A program made the translations under genes and the position numbers. The notes below the pieces were generated by a model that saw only the letters and a list, made by a program, of their open reading frames with translations, searched no databases and was not told the DNA's origin. A stretch of 45,060 bases of DNA from a virus (taxonomy: Duplodnaviria; Caudoviricetes): positions 1 to 45,060 of IMG/VR virus record IMGVR_UViG_3300017909_001370, one strand, 5' to 3'. Of this stretch, positions 24,783 to 34,734 are shown piece after piece (positions within the stretch are counted from its first letter, which is position 1; each line of letters begins with the position of its first letter).

Positions 24783-26255
24783 ATGGCAGACATTAAATTT
24801 TTAGCCGGTCTTGATATAGACGGCAACATTAACTTAAACAAAGGACAGCTGCAATCAGCAGTAATTCACCCTTTAGCATCAAACCCTTCTACACCGTCAG
24901 TAGGGCAATTGTATTATAATACTGGAGACGACGAATTAAAAGTATATACTAGTGGCGGCTGGATTGCTGTTGGGGCAGATACAGATAATTATGTAAACGG
25001 CGGATCAATTAGTGGCAATACATTAACATTAACAAGAACAGGTTCTCTTGGTAATGTTACTATTACAGGCTTGCTACAACTAGGCACAACATCAACAACT
25101 GCTTTAGCCGGCGACACAAGAATTATTACTTCTGGTGAAATTACAAAATTAGGTCATATAACAGTTACACAAGCAGTTGACCTAGATACCATGGAAAGCA
25201 ATATATCGGATAACAACGATAAAATATCTTTCCCAGGTTTTGGAACAACCGCAGGAACAGCGTTAGAAGGTGACACAGTAATACCTGCTGCTGCAAATAA
25301 CGGTACATTAACAATAGCAACTGCTGGTATTGCAAGTGGAAGCGGTACGTTTAGCGCTGACCAGTCTAGTAATAACACGATTACTATTACAGCAACAGAA
25401 GCAGATACTTTACAAAGTGTAACAGATAGAGGCGCAACTACTAGTAATGATGTAACTTTTCAAGGTGATGTCTCTATACAAGGCACGCTTGGCATGGATA
25501 ATAATCCTATAGAAAATCTGGCTGACCCTTCCCAAGCTCAGGAAGCTGCTACTAAAAACTATGTTGATAGTGCAGTAACAGGTCAGTTAATATATCAAGG
25601 TGGATATAATGCTTCAGTAGCACCACCAACTGGATCAAGCATACTAAAAGGTTTCACTTATACGGTAACAACTGCCGGTGATGGTAACGGGTTTTTTACA
25701 ACTGAATTAGAGATTGGTGACCTTATTATTGCTGAATCGGATAATCCAACAACAGAAGCTGATTGGACAGAAGTTAACAAGAATGTTGATTTAGCAACTA
25801 CAACAACTGTTGGTGTTGCATCATTTAGTTCAGATAACTTTGCGGTAGATGCAAATGGTGAAGTTACTGTTAAAAATGATGGTATTACTCTTGGAGCAGA
25901 AACAACGGGTAATTATGTAGCTACTGTAAGTGGTGGTACAAATGTAAGCGTTTCAGGCGGAACAGGCGAAGGATCAACGCCTTCTATTAGCGTATCAAAT
26001 AGTTCAATTGACGCCAGAATTACAAACAGACAATATGCTGGATTAATTGGCGGCAGTACGGCCCCTACAGTGCCCGCTTCAACTCACGGGTTAGGTTCTG
26101 ACTCCTCTCAATTTATGATTCAGCTTGTAGAGGTGTCAAATGGTGAAACAGTGCATGCAGAAGTAGAAAGAGGCGCAAGCGGCTTAGTAACAGTTAGATT
26201 TACAACTGCTCCCGCTTTAAACTCTATTAGAATTTTAATTAATAAAATAGGGTAA
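24783..26255 (+). CDS. Tail fibre-like structural protein
   Basis: P...GQLYYNT, DTLQSVTDRG and ADP...QEAATKNYVD fibre motifs; Thr/Gly-rich. Confidence 0.75.
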   Translation: MADIKFLAGLDIDGNINLNKGQLQSAVIHPLASNPSTPSVGQLYYNTGDDELKVYTSGGWIAVGADTDNYVNGGSISGNTLTLTRTGSLGNVTITGLLQLGTTSTTALAGDTRIITSGEITKLGHITVTQAVDLDTMESNISDNNDKISFPGFGTTAGTALEGDTVIPAAANNGTLTIATAGIASGSGTFSADQSSNNTITITATEADTLQSVTDRGATTSNDVTFQGDVSIQGTLGMDNNPIENLADPSQAQEAATKNYVDSAVTGQLIYQGGYNASVAPPTGSSILKGFTYTVTTAGDGNGFFTTELEIGDLIIAESDNPTTEADWTEVNKNVDLATTTTVGVASFSSDNFAVDANGEVTVKNDGITLGAETTGNYVATVSGGTNVSVSGGTGEGSTPSISVSNSSIDARITNRQYAGLIGGSTAPTVPASTHGLGSDSSQFMIQLVEVSNGETVHAEVERGASGLVTVRFTTAPALNSIRILINKIG

Positions 26256-26277
26256 TTTATAAATTTAAATTAAATAT

Positions 26278-27966
26278 ATGTCTACTAGGTTTTTAAACAA
26301 TATAAATATAAACGATAGCTATACCCTGCCGGCAGCAGACGGTACGGCTGATCAGGTAATTTCAACCGATGGAGCGGGACAGCTTAGTTTTATAGATCAG
26401 ACTACGCTGTCCGCAGAATCGGCGGAAGTGGTGAAAGTGCCGGTTAAAAACTTGCAAGGCTCAGCGTTAACGAAGGGTGACCCCGTGTATATTTCCGGTT
26501 CTGTCGGAACATCTGGTAGATTAGAAGTTAAATTAGCGGACGCGGGAGATACTACAAAAATGCCTGCCTTAGGTTTGTTACAGCAAGATTTAGTAATTAA
26601 CGGGGAGGGTTATGTAGTTGTAACAGGTAAATTAAGAAACCTAGTTACATCTCCTATTGATGGCGCAACACCGTCTGAAGGCGACGTTGTTTACGTTAAA
26701 TCAGGTGGCACCACAGGAGCCGCTCTCACGACTACCAAACCGGTTGGTGTCAATCTTATACAAAACATGGGTAAGGTCGGTAGAGTAAGCACTGCTAATG
26801 ATGGGACGTTTGTTGTTTCTTCTATATTAAGATCAAATGATGTGCCAACTCCATTATATATAGACCATGCTAATCAAAGACTTGGGATTGGGACGGCTAA
26901 CCCTAATTTTGCACTAGATGTAAACGGGACAATTAGAACGACAGGCAGTTTACTAGTAGGCCCCCCCAATAATACTATTACTGGCTTTAACGGTTTAACT
27001 TCAGGTGAAAACAATAATATCTCAGGGGAACTTTCTGTAGCTTTTGGTTTTAACAATATTGTAACAGGAAATAGATGTGGAGGATTAGGTGCAAATAACA
27101 TTGTTGCTGGTGGCCAAGTTTGGGCAACAGGTGATGGAAACGATGTAGGTATTGACAAGTTAAACGTAGGTGGTAATATTGTTACAGCAGGTTTTAACAA
27201 CACTGTTAAGTCAGGTAACTCTTGCGTAGTGGGATCTGGCAATAATTTAACCAACACACAAGAACTGCAGACAAGAAGTACAAATTTTGTTTTAGGGTCT
27301 AAAAACGATATAAACGATGGAGCAAGAGTATTTATGCTTGGAAGTAGCAACACGTCCTCAACAGGTTCTAATGATGTTGTTATAGTAGGAAGAAGCAATA
27401 CAGCGTCAAACGGTAGGGCTTATGCTTTTGGGGACACGAACGTGGCTGCTGCATTTAGAGCATTCGCTATAGGTGCCGCAAATACAACTGCCTCGCAGAG
27501 TAGTCTTTTGATAGGTGCAAACAACGCATCAGGCGGGGGTAGAAATCAGTATGTGTTAGGTAGGAATAATAACATTATAGACAACCCATCCAACCCTGGC
27601 ATATTTCCATCAAACGTAGTTTTAGCTGGGGTCGGCAATAATACTGGTTATAATAATTCGTACCATTTTGGCAGAGGGATGAGTTCAGGTACTAACACCC
27701 AAGTACTAATAGGACATTTTGCAGAAACATCAACTAAAAGTGCAAGCTATGTAGGTATAGGTGTTGGAAGTAGCGGCGCTAATCGGCTTACGGCCATGTC
27801 TTTTAAAAGATCATCTGGAACAGCAAGTACCGCTGACGCCCAAATTTTTGCAGAGGCATTATACAACGCTGCATCCTATGCTGATGATGCAGCTGCGGCG
27901 GCTGGGGGCGTTGAATTGGGACAATTATATAGAGCTGGAAGTACAGTTAAAATAAGAATGACATAA
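26278..27966 (+). CDS. Tail fibre/adhesin with YadA-head-like repeats, paralogous to 22249..24024
   Basis: LPAADG..QV..TDG.G.LSF, RLGIGT.NP...LDVNG and G..N repeats; shared C-terminal YADDAAAAAGGVELG.LYR. Confidence 0.8.
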   Translation: MSTRFLNNININDSYTLPAADGTADQVISTDGAGQLSFIDQTTLSAESAEVVKVPVKNLQGSALTKGDPVYISGSVGTSGRLEVKLADAGDTTKMPALGLLQQDLVINGEGYVVVTGKLRNLVTSPIDGATPSEGDVVYVKSGGTTGAALTTTKPVGVNLIQNMGKVGRVSTANDGTFVVSSILRSNDVPTPLYIDHANQRLGIGTANPNFALDVNGTIRTTGSLLVGPPNNTITGFNGLTSGENNNISGELSVAFGFNNIVTGNRCGGLGANNIVAGGQVWATGDGNDVGIDKLNVGGNIVTAGFNNTVKSGNSCVVGSGNNLTNTQELQTRSTNFVLGSKNDINDGARVFMLGSSNTSSTGSNDVVIVGRSNTASNGRAYAFGDTNVAAAFRAFAIGAANTTASQSSLLIGANNASGGGRNQYVLGRNNNIIDNPSNPGIFPSNVVLAGVGNNTGYNNSYHFGRGMSSGTNTQVLIGHFAETSTKSASYVGIGVGSSGANRLTAMSFKRSSGTASTADAQIFAEALYNAASYADDAAAAAGGVELGQLYRAGSTVKIRMT

Positions 27967-27976
27967 AACAAAACAA

Positions 27977-28291
27977 ATGGCAAATTGGATAGTATTAGAT
28001 ATGAATCATAGAACCTCTGACGGGTATGTAATAGAGGTTACAAGCGCATGTGAAAAAACAGACGCCCCCGGTTATGCTCGTAAAGTATTTTCAAATGAAT
28101 TTGAAGGAACACCGGGAACCGGTTATATCCCTTATGAAAATCTTACTGAAGAAGTGGTTCTTGGCTGGGTTAAAGATAGCCTTGAGCCTGAAGTTGTTTC
28201 ACAAACAGAAACAAGTGTAGACGCACAAGCCTTGGCTAATAAACAAGCTATTGAAAACCCTCCGGTAGAAAGCGGCAAACCTTGGGAGTAA
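27977..28291 (+). CDS. Small fibre-associated protein
   Basis: IPY..LTEE.V.GWVK...P....G.PW pattern; follows the fibre gene. Confidence 0.6.
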   Translation: MANWIVLDMNHRTSDGYVIEVTSACEKTDAPGYARKVFSNEFEGTPGTGYIPYENLTEEVVLGWVKDSLEPEVVSQTETSVDAQALANKQAIENPPVESGKPWE

Positions 28292-28370
28292 AAATCACTA
28301 AAAATACGTAATACATATAATATACCTGCTCGGCTTAGAGCAAACCAATAATAATTTAAAACCAAAACCA

Positions 28371-28664
28371 ATGACACTATTTTATTCGACTAATACGTGG
28401 ACTAGTCAGCCACAACCAGATGAAAAAACCGTGGAGACCTGGAAACATGCATCTACTAAATCTAACTGGCGTATTGTGCAGTTACCAAATGGATTCTACC
28501 AAACAGAAATTAAAGTACCAGACGAAGATTCTTGGAAAGATATTACAAGAAGAGAAACTATCGAGGGTGCAGAAGCAGCAATTGACGGATCTATACAATA
28601 TTATCAAAAGAAACTTGATTTTGTAAAAGGGCCTAAAGTTGTAAAAACTTTTGAAAAAGAGTAA
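28371..28664 (+). CDS. Hypothetical protein
   Basis: ORF track. Confidence 0.7.
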   Translation: MTLFYSTNTWTSQPQPDEKTVETWKHASTKSNWRIVQLPNGFYQTEIKVPDEDSWKDITRRETIEGAEAAIDGSIQYYQKKLDFVKGPKVVKTFEKE

Positions 28665-28684
28665 ATAATTTAAAATTTAATTTA

Positions 28685-30241
28685 ATGGAATTTAATAACC
28701 CAAGTGAGATAGTTAAAACTCTCACGTTTGGCATTGATGCCAAGCAACAAATTATGCAAGGCGTTGAAAAGTTATCAAACGCAGTAAAGAGCACTTTAGG
28801 TGCGTCTGGAAAATGCGTGATCTACGAAGACGCTCTTGGAAAACCGGTGATTACAAAAGATGGTGTAACCGTTGCAGAAAGCGTAGTCTTATTACATCCG
28901 GTTGAAAACATAGGCGCAACCTTAATAAAGGAGGCAGCTAGTAATACAGTAAAAGAAGCCGGGGACGGTACAACAACATCAACCGTCCTTGCGCATTCTT
29001 TATTAAAAACAGTTAGCAAACATTTAGATGAAGAAAAAATTAGAGAACTTAAAAGCGGCATTAGCAGCGGCGCTGAAAAAGTTATGGTTTATCTTGATAA
29101 AACCAGTATTGAAGTTAAAGATGATATGCTTAAGCAAGTTGCTAGTATTTCATGCAACAACGATACAGGGCTTGGAGATAAAATTGGACAAGCTTATAAA
29201 AAAGTTGGAAGAGATGGAGTCGTTCTAATGGAAGAGTCTGATACAAATGAAACTTATGTTGAATTTGTTGACGGCGTGCAATTTGACTCACCATTAAAAT
29301 CATCACATTTAGTAACTGATAAAGACAAGAACACAGCTGTTTTAGATAACCCGTATGTTCTTATTGTGTCTTCGCCTATACCAAATATTAGACGAATACA
29401 AAACGTGTTAGAACACGTAATTAAAAAGAAAAGAAGTTTATTAATAGTTGCTGACGTTGAACAGCAGCCTTATCAAACTTTGCTAGCTAACAAAGTAAAA
29501 GGCAATATAAAAGTTAATATAGTTGACTTGCCTGGCTTTGGACCAACTAAACAAGAAACAATTGAGGATCTAGCGGTAATAACAGGCGCAACTGTTATAA
29601 ATGAAGAGCTTGGCGATGATTTAGAATTTATAACGCCAGATGTTTTAGGGGAAGCTGCAAAAGCAATAACTGATTCTAAAAACACAGTTTTACAAATTGA
29701 TCATATAGTACCAGATCTTCAAGAGCGTATTGAAAAAGTGCGTGAGCTTTTAAAAGAAGAGACAAATGGGTTTTTTAGAAAAAAGCTTGAACAAAGGTTA
29801 TCGATGCTAACCGGTAAGGTTGGCGTAATAAGAGTTGGCGCAGATTCTAAAATAGAATTAAAAGAGAAAAAAGATCGTGTTGAAGATGCGATATATGCGA
29901 CAAAAGCAGCTTATAAAGAAGGTATAGTTCCTGGCGGTGGTGTTGCGCTATTAAATGCAGCTACGTTAATAACAGCTAAAAGCAAAGGCGAAGAGATATT
30001 GTTTGAAGCAATTAAAGCACCTTACCAAACCATACTTGATAATGCAAACCTTAATTCAGATTTGCAATCAAATAGAAAGGGCTGGGGAATTGACGTTACA
30101 ACTGGTAAGCCTGTAAACATGATTAAAGCAGGTATTATAGATCCCGTGCTTGTTACTAAAACAGCTTTAAAAAATGCGGTAAGTGTTGTTAATACAATTA
30201 TATCTGCCGATTGTATAATCAGTAATAAACGATTAGCATGA
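28685..30241 (+). CDS. groEL: Phage-encoded group I chaperonin GroEL
   Basis: AVKSTLG, ITKDGVTVA, AGDGTTT, EKKDRVEDA..AT.AA..EGIVPGGG, GIIDP; no GGM tail. Confidence 0.97.
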   Translation: MEFNNPSEIVKTLTFGIDAKQQIMQGVEKLSNAVKSTLGASGKCVIYEDALGKPVITKDGVTVAESVVLLHPVENIGATLIKEAASNTVKEAGDGTTTSTVLAHSLLKTVSKHLDEEKIRELKSGISSGAEKVMVYLDKTSIEVKDDMLKQVASISCNNDTGLGDKIGQAYKKVGRDGVVLMEESDTNETYVEFVDGVQFDSPLKSSHLVTDKDKNTAVLDNPYVLIVSSPIPNIRRIQNVLEHVIKKKRSLLIVADVEQQPYQTLLANKVKGNIKVNIVDLPGFGPTKQETIEDLAVITGATVINEELGDDLEFITPDVLGEAAKAITDSKNTVLQIDHIVPDLQERIEKVRELLKEETNGFFRKKLEQRLSMLTGKVGVIRVGADSKIELKEKKDRVEDAIYATKAAYKEGIVPGGGVALLNAATLITAKSKGEEILFEAIKAPYQTILDNANLNSDLQSNRKGWGIDVTTGKPVNMIKAGIIDPVLVTKTALKNAVSVVNTIISADCIISNKRLA

Positions 30242-30498
30242 AAGCAATAAACCACTTTGTAATTGTAGATAAGATAAAAGAAGAGCCAGCGAAAGTTGGT
30301 GGTCTTGAACTTACTGAGCAACAAAATAAAGATGTACGTTATTTAAAAGCTAAAGTAATTAGTGTAGGCGATCAAGTTAAAGAGTTAGTGTCAGAAGGCA
30401 ATATTGTAAGATATGATAAGCACGCTGGGCATGGAATTGAATGGAACGACTCTTTATATTATGTTATTAAAATAACAGATATAGTCCTTGTAGAATGA
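30238..30498 (+). CDS. groES: Co-chaperonin GroES
   Basis: GGL.L mobile loop, AKVISVG, V.EG..V.Y.K.AG; ATGA overlap with groEL. Confidence 0.88.
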   Translation: MKAINHFVIVDKIKEEPAKVGGLELTEQQNKDVRYLKAKVISVGDQVKELVSEGNIVRYDKHAGHGIEWNDSLYYVIKITDIVLVE

Positions 30499-30935
30499 GA
30501 TTAAGTGCAAGCGACTTGCAAGATATGAATTTGTTAAAGTATTATAGGCTCATAAGAAAATGGGCCTGTAAAACTTATAACTTAAAAGACGCAGATTTAG
30601 AGCTGCTTATTTACTTAGATTGCAAAAAGCATTTTACACGTAATGATTTTATAGAAGGGGTTTACACCTATAGCTGGGATAAAAACCGGTGGGAAAGACT
30701 TCGTAGAGAAGGTTGGATAGACGTATGGCGTGAGCGTAACAGAACAACAATGAAGTACGCAATATATAAAACGTCATTTAAATGCCAAACTTTAATTAAA
30801 AGAATATATAGAATAATGTTGGCAGAAGAAGATTTGCCGACATCTGAAAGAAGTACATTTTATAAAAATAAAACATATACTGATAAAGTTTTTAATAAAG
30901 CTATTGATGATATGATTAAAGACAGCGAACGATGA
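30495..30935 (+). CDS. Hypothetical protein (possibly winged-helix)
   Basis: ORF track; overlaps both neighbours. Confidence 0.7.
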   Translation: MRLSASDLQDMNLLKYYRLIRKWACKTYNLKDADLELLIYLDCKKHFTRNDFIEGVYTYSWDKNRWERLRREGWIDVWRERNRTTMKYAIYKTSFKCQTLIKRIYRIMLAEEDLPTSERSTFYKNKTYTDKVFNKAIDDMIKDSER

Positions 30936-31306
30936 GTTTTAAACTAAAGTCTAAAGGTGAACTTTTCGGGTACAACGAGGAACTATCTGAGTTTGGTACA
31001 CCAGTATTTGAAAAACCTTTAGGAAAGCATGTTATCGCTGAGGCTAATCGCGACCAAACAATATTTGTAAATGAAAATGCAAGTGAAAAAGAAAAGCGCG
31101 ATTCTATGGCCGAAGAAAAAGAACATCTTAAACAACTAATGACGGGTCGTTTGCAATATACAAACGAAGAAGTTATTTGGAAAAAAGATACAAAGTCACC
31201 GGCTAGAGTATACGAACGTATAGGTGGCAGAATAGTAAATAAAACAACAAATGAGCCAGAAGGCGGAAACCTTGAATGGGAAGCTGAGGCCAAAAAAGCA
31301 GACTAA
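30932..31306 (+). CDS. Hypothetical protein, degenerate zincin-like (EEKEH in place of HExxH; WE.EA)
   Basis: ORF track; motif resemblance only. Confidence 0.6.
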   Translation: MSFKLKSKGELFGYNEELSEFGTPVFEKPLGKHVIAEANRDQTIFVNENASEKEKRDSMAEEKEHLKQLMTGRLQYTNEEVIWKKDTKSPARVYERIGGRIVNKTTNEPEGGNLEWEAEAKKAD

Positions 31307-31308
31307 TT

Positions 31309-32385
31309 ATGGCAAACCCAATTACAGCAATAGCATCTCGCTCATGCGCGAAGAACTCTGCAGCTAAACAAACAACTAAGGACGTAAGAGAAATTGGTTA
31401 TATTGACCCAGAAGGAGGTTCGGGTACACAAACAGACGTAACTACTGTTGAGCAGCAAGGTGAAAAAGGACAAGGCGTTAACGTTGCATACAGTGGCAAG
31501 CTTGCTGATAAAGATAAGTTTAAAGCAGCTATGGAAAAAGACCAACGTTTATATGCAACAAAAGGATATGACGTGGGCGATATGCAATTAGACGATGATA
31601 TTAATTGGAAAAATCGTTTTAACGCGCAACAAGGTAACGAACAATTTCAAGCATCTACAGATGATGGTACAGCATTAAAGCCAGAGGAAATTACAGACGA
31701 TATGGTCAACACCGGCCAAACACCTGATACATTTAAAAATGTTGAAAAAACAACTTCAACTAGAAAAGCAGATACTGAGACTGTCAACCCTTTAACTGGT
31801 TACGGGGAGCGATTAAGCGGGCGTAGAGCTACACAAGCAAGTAGAAAAGTAAATAAATTTCAACGTAAATCTGATAAAGCTGCAAATAGAGCAGCTAAGT
31901 TTTTAGAAAGAAAAGGCGGAAGCGTCGAGGGTCTAAGCGATAAAGATAAAGCCAAGTATGAAAGATTGAGCAAGAAAAGCGAAAACTTGCAAACACAATC
32001 TGATATACAGCAAAGTAGATTAGATTTGTTTAAGAAGCAAGCAGATCAAAATAGAGCAGGAACACAAGATGTAAAGGTTGATAGTCCAAAAACGCAGGGT
32101 GAGATTAATGCACAAAAATACAATGAACAGCAAGAAAGCAAAGGAAGCTCATTGTTTAAAGGCATTGGGACTGTTAAACCTTCAGATCTTAAACTTAATT
32201 TGCCAAGCACAAAAAGCTTTACTGAAAAGTACCTAAACGAAAAAGGGGCTATAACTAGCAAACCCAGTGGCGAAGGATCTTCGATACCAGCAAATCAAAA
32301 TCCTATGGATTTTAATAAGCCAGGCGCTGACACTGCTTTTTTTAAACTGCGTGGTCCAGTTAAGAAAAACTATTTTAAAAAATAA
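31309..32385 (+). CDS. Hypothetical hydrophilic protein (possible internal virion protein)
   Basis: Long ORF, low-complexity and charged. Confidence 0.7.
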   Translation: MANPITAIASRSCAKNSAAKQTTKDVREIGYIDPEGGSGTQTDVTTVEQQGEKGQGVNVAYSGKLADKDKFKAAMEKDQRLYATKGYDVGDMQLDDDINWKNRFNAQQGNEQFQASTDDGTALKPEEITDDMVNTGQTPDTFKNVEKTTSTRKADTETVNPLTGYGERLSGRRATQASRKVNKFQRKSDKAANRAAKFLERKGGSVEGLSDKDKAKYERLSKKSENLQTQSDIQQSRLDLFKKQADQNRAGTQDVKVDSPKTQGEINAQKYNEQQESKGSSLFKGIGTVKPSDLKLNLPSTKSFTEKYLNEKGAITSKPSGEGSSIPANQNPMDFNKPGADTAFFKLRGPVKKNYFKK

Positions 32386-32388
32386 GTT

Positions 32389-32685
32389 ATGCCAGGATAT
32401 ATACAACCCCAAGCAAGCTCTATGGTGCAAAAGCTCCGTAAGACGACAAAAGGAAAAGGCAGACACTTTTTAACTGCCAAAGAAGGCGCTGGTATGACGG
32501 CTGCTGGAAGAAAAGCATACAATAAAGAAACAGGTGGTAATCTTAAGGCTCCACAGCCAGGTGGTGGCAAAAGACGTACATCTTATTGCGCTAGATCAAA
32601 AGGCCAAATGGAAATGCACAATATTAATTGTAAGAAAACACCTAAGAAAAGAATTTGTGCTGCAAGGCGTAGATGGAAATGTTAA
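32389..32685 (+). CDS. Small basic phage protein (RR.SYCARS.GQ...RRRWKC)
   Basis: ORF track. Confidence 0.7.
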   Translation: MPGYIQPQASSMVQKLRKTTKGKGRHFLTAKEGAGMTAAGRKAYNKETGGNLKAPQPGGGKRRTSYCARSKGQMEMHNINCKKTPKKRICAARRRWKC

Positions 32686-32687
32686 TT

Positions 32688-32843
32688 ATGAAATCAAAAG
32701 GTTTAGGTGATACAGTAGAAAAGTTTACTACAGCTACAGGTATTAAGACTGTAGTCGATAAGGTTTCCCAGGGTTTGAACATTCCCTGTGGTTGCAAGCA
32801 TCGTAAAGATAAGTTAAATAAAATGTTCCCTTATAAAAAATAA
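32688..32843 (+). CDS. 51-aa protein (GLGD...CGC..R...LN)
   Basis: Manual ORF MKSKGLGDTVEKFTTATGIK...PCGCKHRKDKLNKMFPYKK. Confidence 0.7.
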   Translation: MKSKGLGDTVEKFTTATGIKTVVDKVSQGLNIPCGCKHRKDKLNKMFPYKK

Positions 32844-32847
32844 AACA

Positions 32848-33288
32848 ATGGGCGATTATAATAAACCAATTACAGCAAGAATACAACATTCCACAAGCAA
32901 AGGAATGAAAATACAAGAGCCTCTATTAGATGTAGGTTCAGTAGCTAAAGCTAACACTGCATTAATTGAAGGTGAAAAAGCAGCGGCTGGCAGAACGCCA
33001 AAAAGTGCAGAAGCTTTTAAAGCAGGAATGGACAGTCAAAAAAGTAGCGATACTGGCACTGCTCCGACAACTCCTGGTCCTACTGAAAACAGCGACAGCG
33101 AAACACCAGAATCTCCTGCTAATTTTAATGCAGCATTAGAGCAAGCTGAAAAAGATGGCAAGTTAAATCCTGGGTTTGCTAAAGTTGTAAGAGAAAACAA
33201 AAAAGAAGAACCAAAGTCAATGGCTACTAAAAGTTATATGCCAAAGGCAATGGCTAAAAATTACAAAAAGGGATATTACGGTAAGTAA
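32848..33288 (+). CDS. Hypothetical protein
   Basis: ORF track; N-terminal KPITA and C-terminal KNY resemble those of 31309..32385. Confidence 0.65.
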   Translation: MGDYNKPITARIQHSTSKGMKIQEPLLDVGSVAKANTALIEGEKAAAGRTPKSAEAFKAGMDSQKSSDTGTAPTTPGPTENSDSETPESPANFNAALEQAEKDGKLNPGFAKVVRENKKEEPKSMATKSYMPKAMAKNYKKGYYGK

Positions 33289-33686
33289 TGAAAAAGCTAC
33301 TTAGTCTATTAACCGGCGGGTTAATTAAAGACGTAGGTAATGTAATCGATAAGCTTACAACTACAGACGAAGAAAGATTAGCGGCTAAGCAAAAAATCCA
33401 AGAGCTACTAGAAAAAGCAGATCAGGATGCCCAAACTCAAATTACTGAGCGCTGGAAACTTGATATGCAATCTGATTCGTTTTTATCAAAAAACATTCGT
33501 CCATTAGTGCTTATATATTTAACAGTTATATTTACAGCATTAGCATTTTTTGATGGTAACATTGGTGGCTTTCAGGTTGATGAAGCATACATACCTATAT
33601 TTCAATCATTATTAATTACAGTCTACGGTGCGTATTTTGTTGGGCGTACTTGGGAAAAATCAAAGAAAACCAACAATAATAATTAA
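33288..33686 (+). CDS. Putative holin (GTA/3TM-holin-like)
   Basis: IDK..T..EER, RW..DM.SDS.LSKN.RP, two TM segments, YF.GR..EK. Confidence 0.7.
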   Translation: MKKLLSLLTGGLIKDVGNVIDKLTTTDEERLAAKQKIQELLEKADQDAQTQITERWKLDMQSDSFLSKNIRPLVLIYLTVIFTALAFFDGNIGGFQVDEAYIPIFQSLLITVYGAYFVGRTWEKSKKTNNNN

Positions 33687-33696
33687 ATTAAATCAA

Positions 33697-33939
33697 ATGG
33701 CAAAAAAAGAAAAACTAACAGCAGAAGAACTAGAAGGTTTAAAAAACGTTATAAACCAGTTGAATAGCGTGCAAGCGCAAATTGGTGGCTTAGAGTTACA
33801 AAAGCACGAATTGCTTCATACGTTTGCGCAAATGAAAACCAAGCTTGATGAGCAGCAAAAAGAGTTGCAAACAAAGTATGGTGACAAGGTTATTGACATT
33901 AATACCGGAGAGCTACGTGAACCTGCTAAGGAAGATTAG
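33697..33939 (+). CDS. Hypothetical coiled-coil protein (start MAKKEK)
   Basis: Track ORF trimmed to the ATG; ends KYG...IDI.TGE. Confidence 0.65.
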   Translation: MAKKEKLTAEELEGLKNVINQLNSVQAQIGGLELQKHELLHTFAQMKTKLDEQQKELQTKYGDKVIDINTGELREPAKED

Positions 33940-34135
33940 TATAGGAAAAGACTATAAAAATGACGCCATGCACTACTCTGTTGGTCAGGAAGTGTATGGT
34001 GGTCATACTATAGTTAATATTATAGAAGAAGAAGAAAAGTATTCTATCTATATTCAAAAAGGCGACGATATTATACCTTGGAAAGATTTTAATAAAAACA
34101 TGGCAATTGCTGTGGAATATAATATCGATTACTAA
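33917..34135 (+). CDS. Hypothetical protein (RKISIG.DYKNDAMHY.VGQ)
   Basis: Track ORF trimmed to a GTG start. Confidence 0.65.
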   Translation: MNLLRKISIGKDYKNDAMHYSVGQEVYGGHTIVNIIEEEEKYSIYIQKGDDIIPWKDFNKNMAIAVEYNIDY

Positions 34136-34734
34136 TGAATGGCATTTTTGATTTTGTAATAATACCAAAAGAAAATCGGTATACAAATACAAAAAAAGTA
34201 GGTGATAAAAAATTAATATTAAATACCGAATTGCAAAACCATAATTTTGTTTCAAGAATTGGTATAGTAATGGTTACGCCTAAAGTAAACAAAACAGGTA
34301 TATGTGAAGGTGATGAAGTTATAGTGCATCACAATGTATTTAGACGTTACCGAGATATAAGAGGTGTAGAAAAAAATAGTAAGTCTTATTACAAAAATAA
34401 TCAGTTTTTTGTATCACCTGATCAAATATTTGCTTACAAGCGAATAGTTAAATGGGTGCCTTTAACAGGTTTTAATTTTGTAAAGCCAATAAAAGAAAAC
34501 AAAATGTTTTCAATAAATTTTGAAAAGCCATTATTAGGTATATTAAAATACAAAGACCCATCATTAACAGAAGTACAAGAAGGCGATTTAGTTGGCTTTA
34601 AGCCAGGTGCTGAATATGAGTTTTTGATTGATAAAGAAAAATTATATCGTGTTCCAACAAATCTAATTACAATTAAATATGAATATCAAGGAAACGAAGA
34701 AGAATATAATCCAGGCTGGGCAGCGAGCAGTTGA
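34135..34734 (+). CDS. Putative tandem GroES-like protein
   Basis: Two segments with the pattern V.P...G.V.....I/V.EGD.V; the second ends E.LIDKEKLY.V....I. Confidence 0.55.
   Translation: MNGIFDFVIIPKENRYTNTKKVGDKKLILNTELQNHNFVSRIGIVMVTPKVNKTGICEGDEVIVHHNVFRRYRDIRGVEKNSKSYYKNNQFFVSPDQIFAYKRIVKWVPLTGFNFVKPIKENKMFSINFEKPLLGILKYKDPSLTEVQEGDLVGFKPGAEYEFLIDKEKLYRVPTNLITIKYEYQGNEEEYNPGWAASS

Noticed and set aside
23046-27296. Diversity-generating retroelement template/variable repeat pair
   Set aside because: Differences are largely synonymous and not adenine-specific, both copies are coding, and no reverse transcriptase is in the window.
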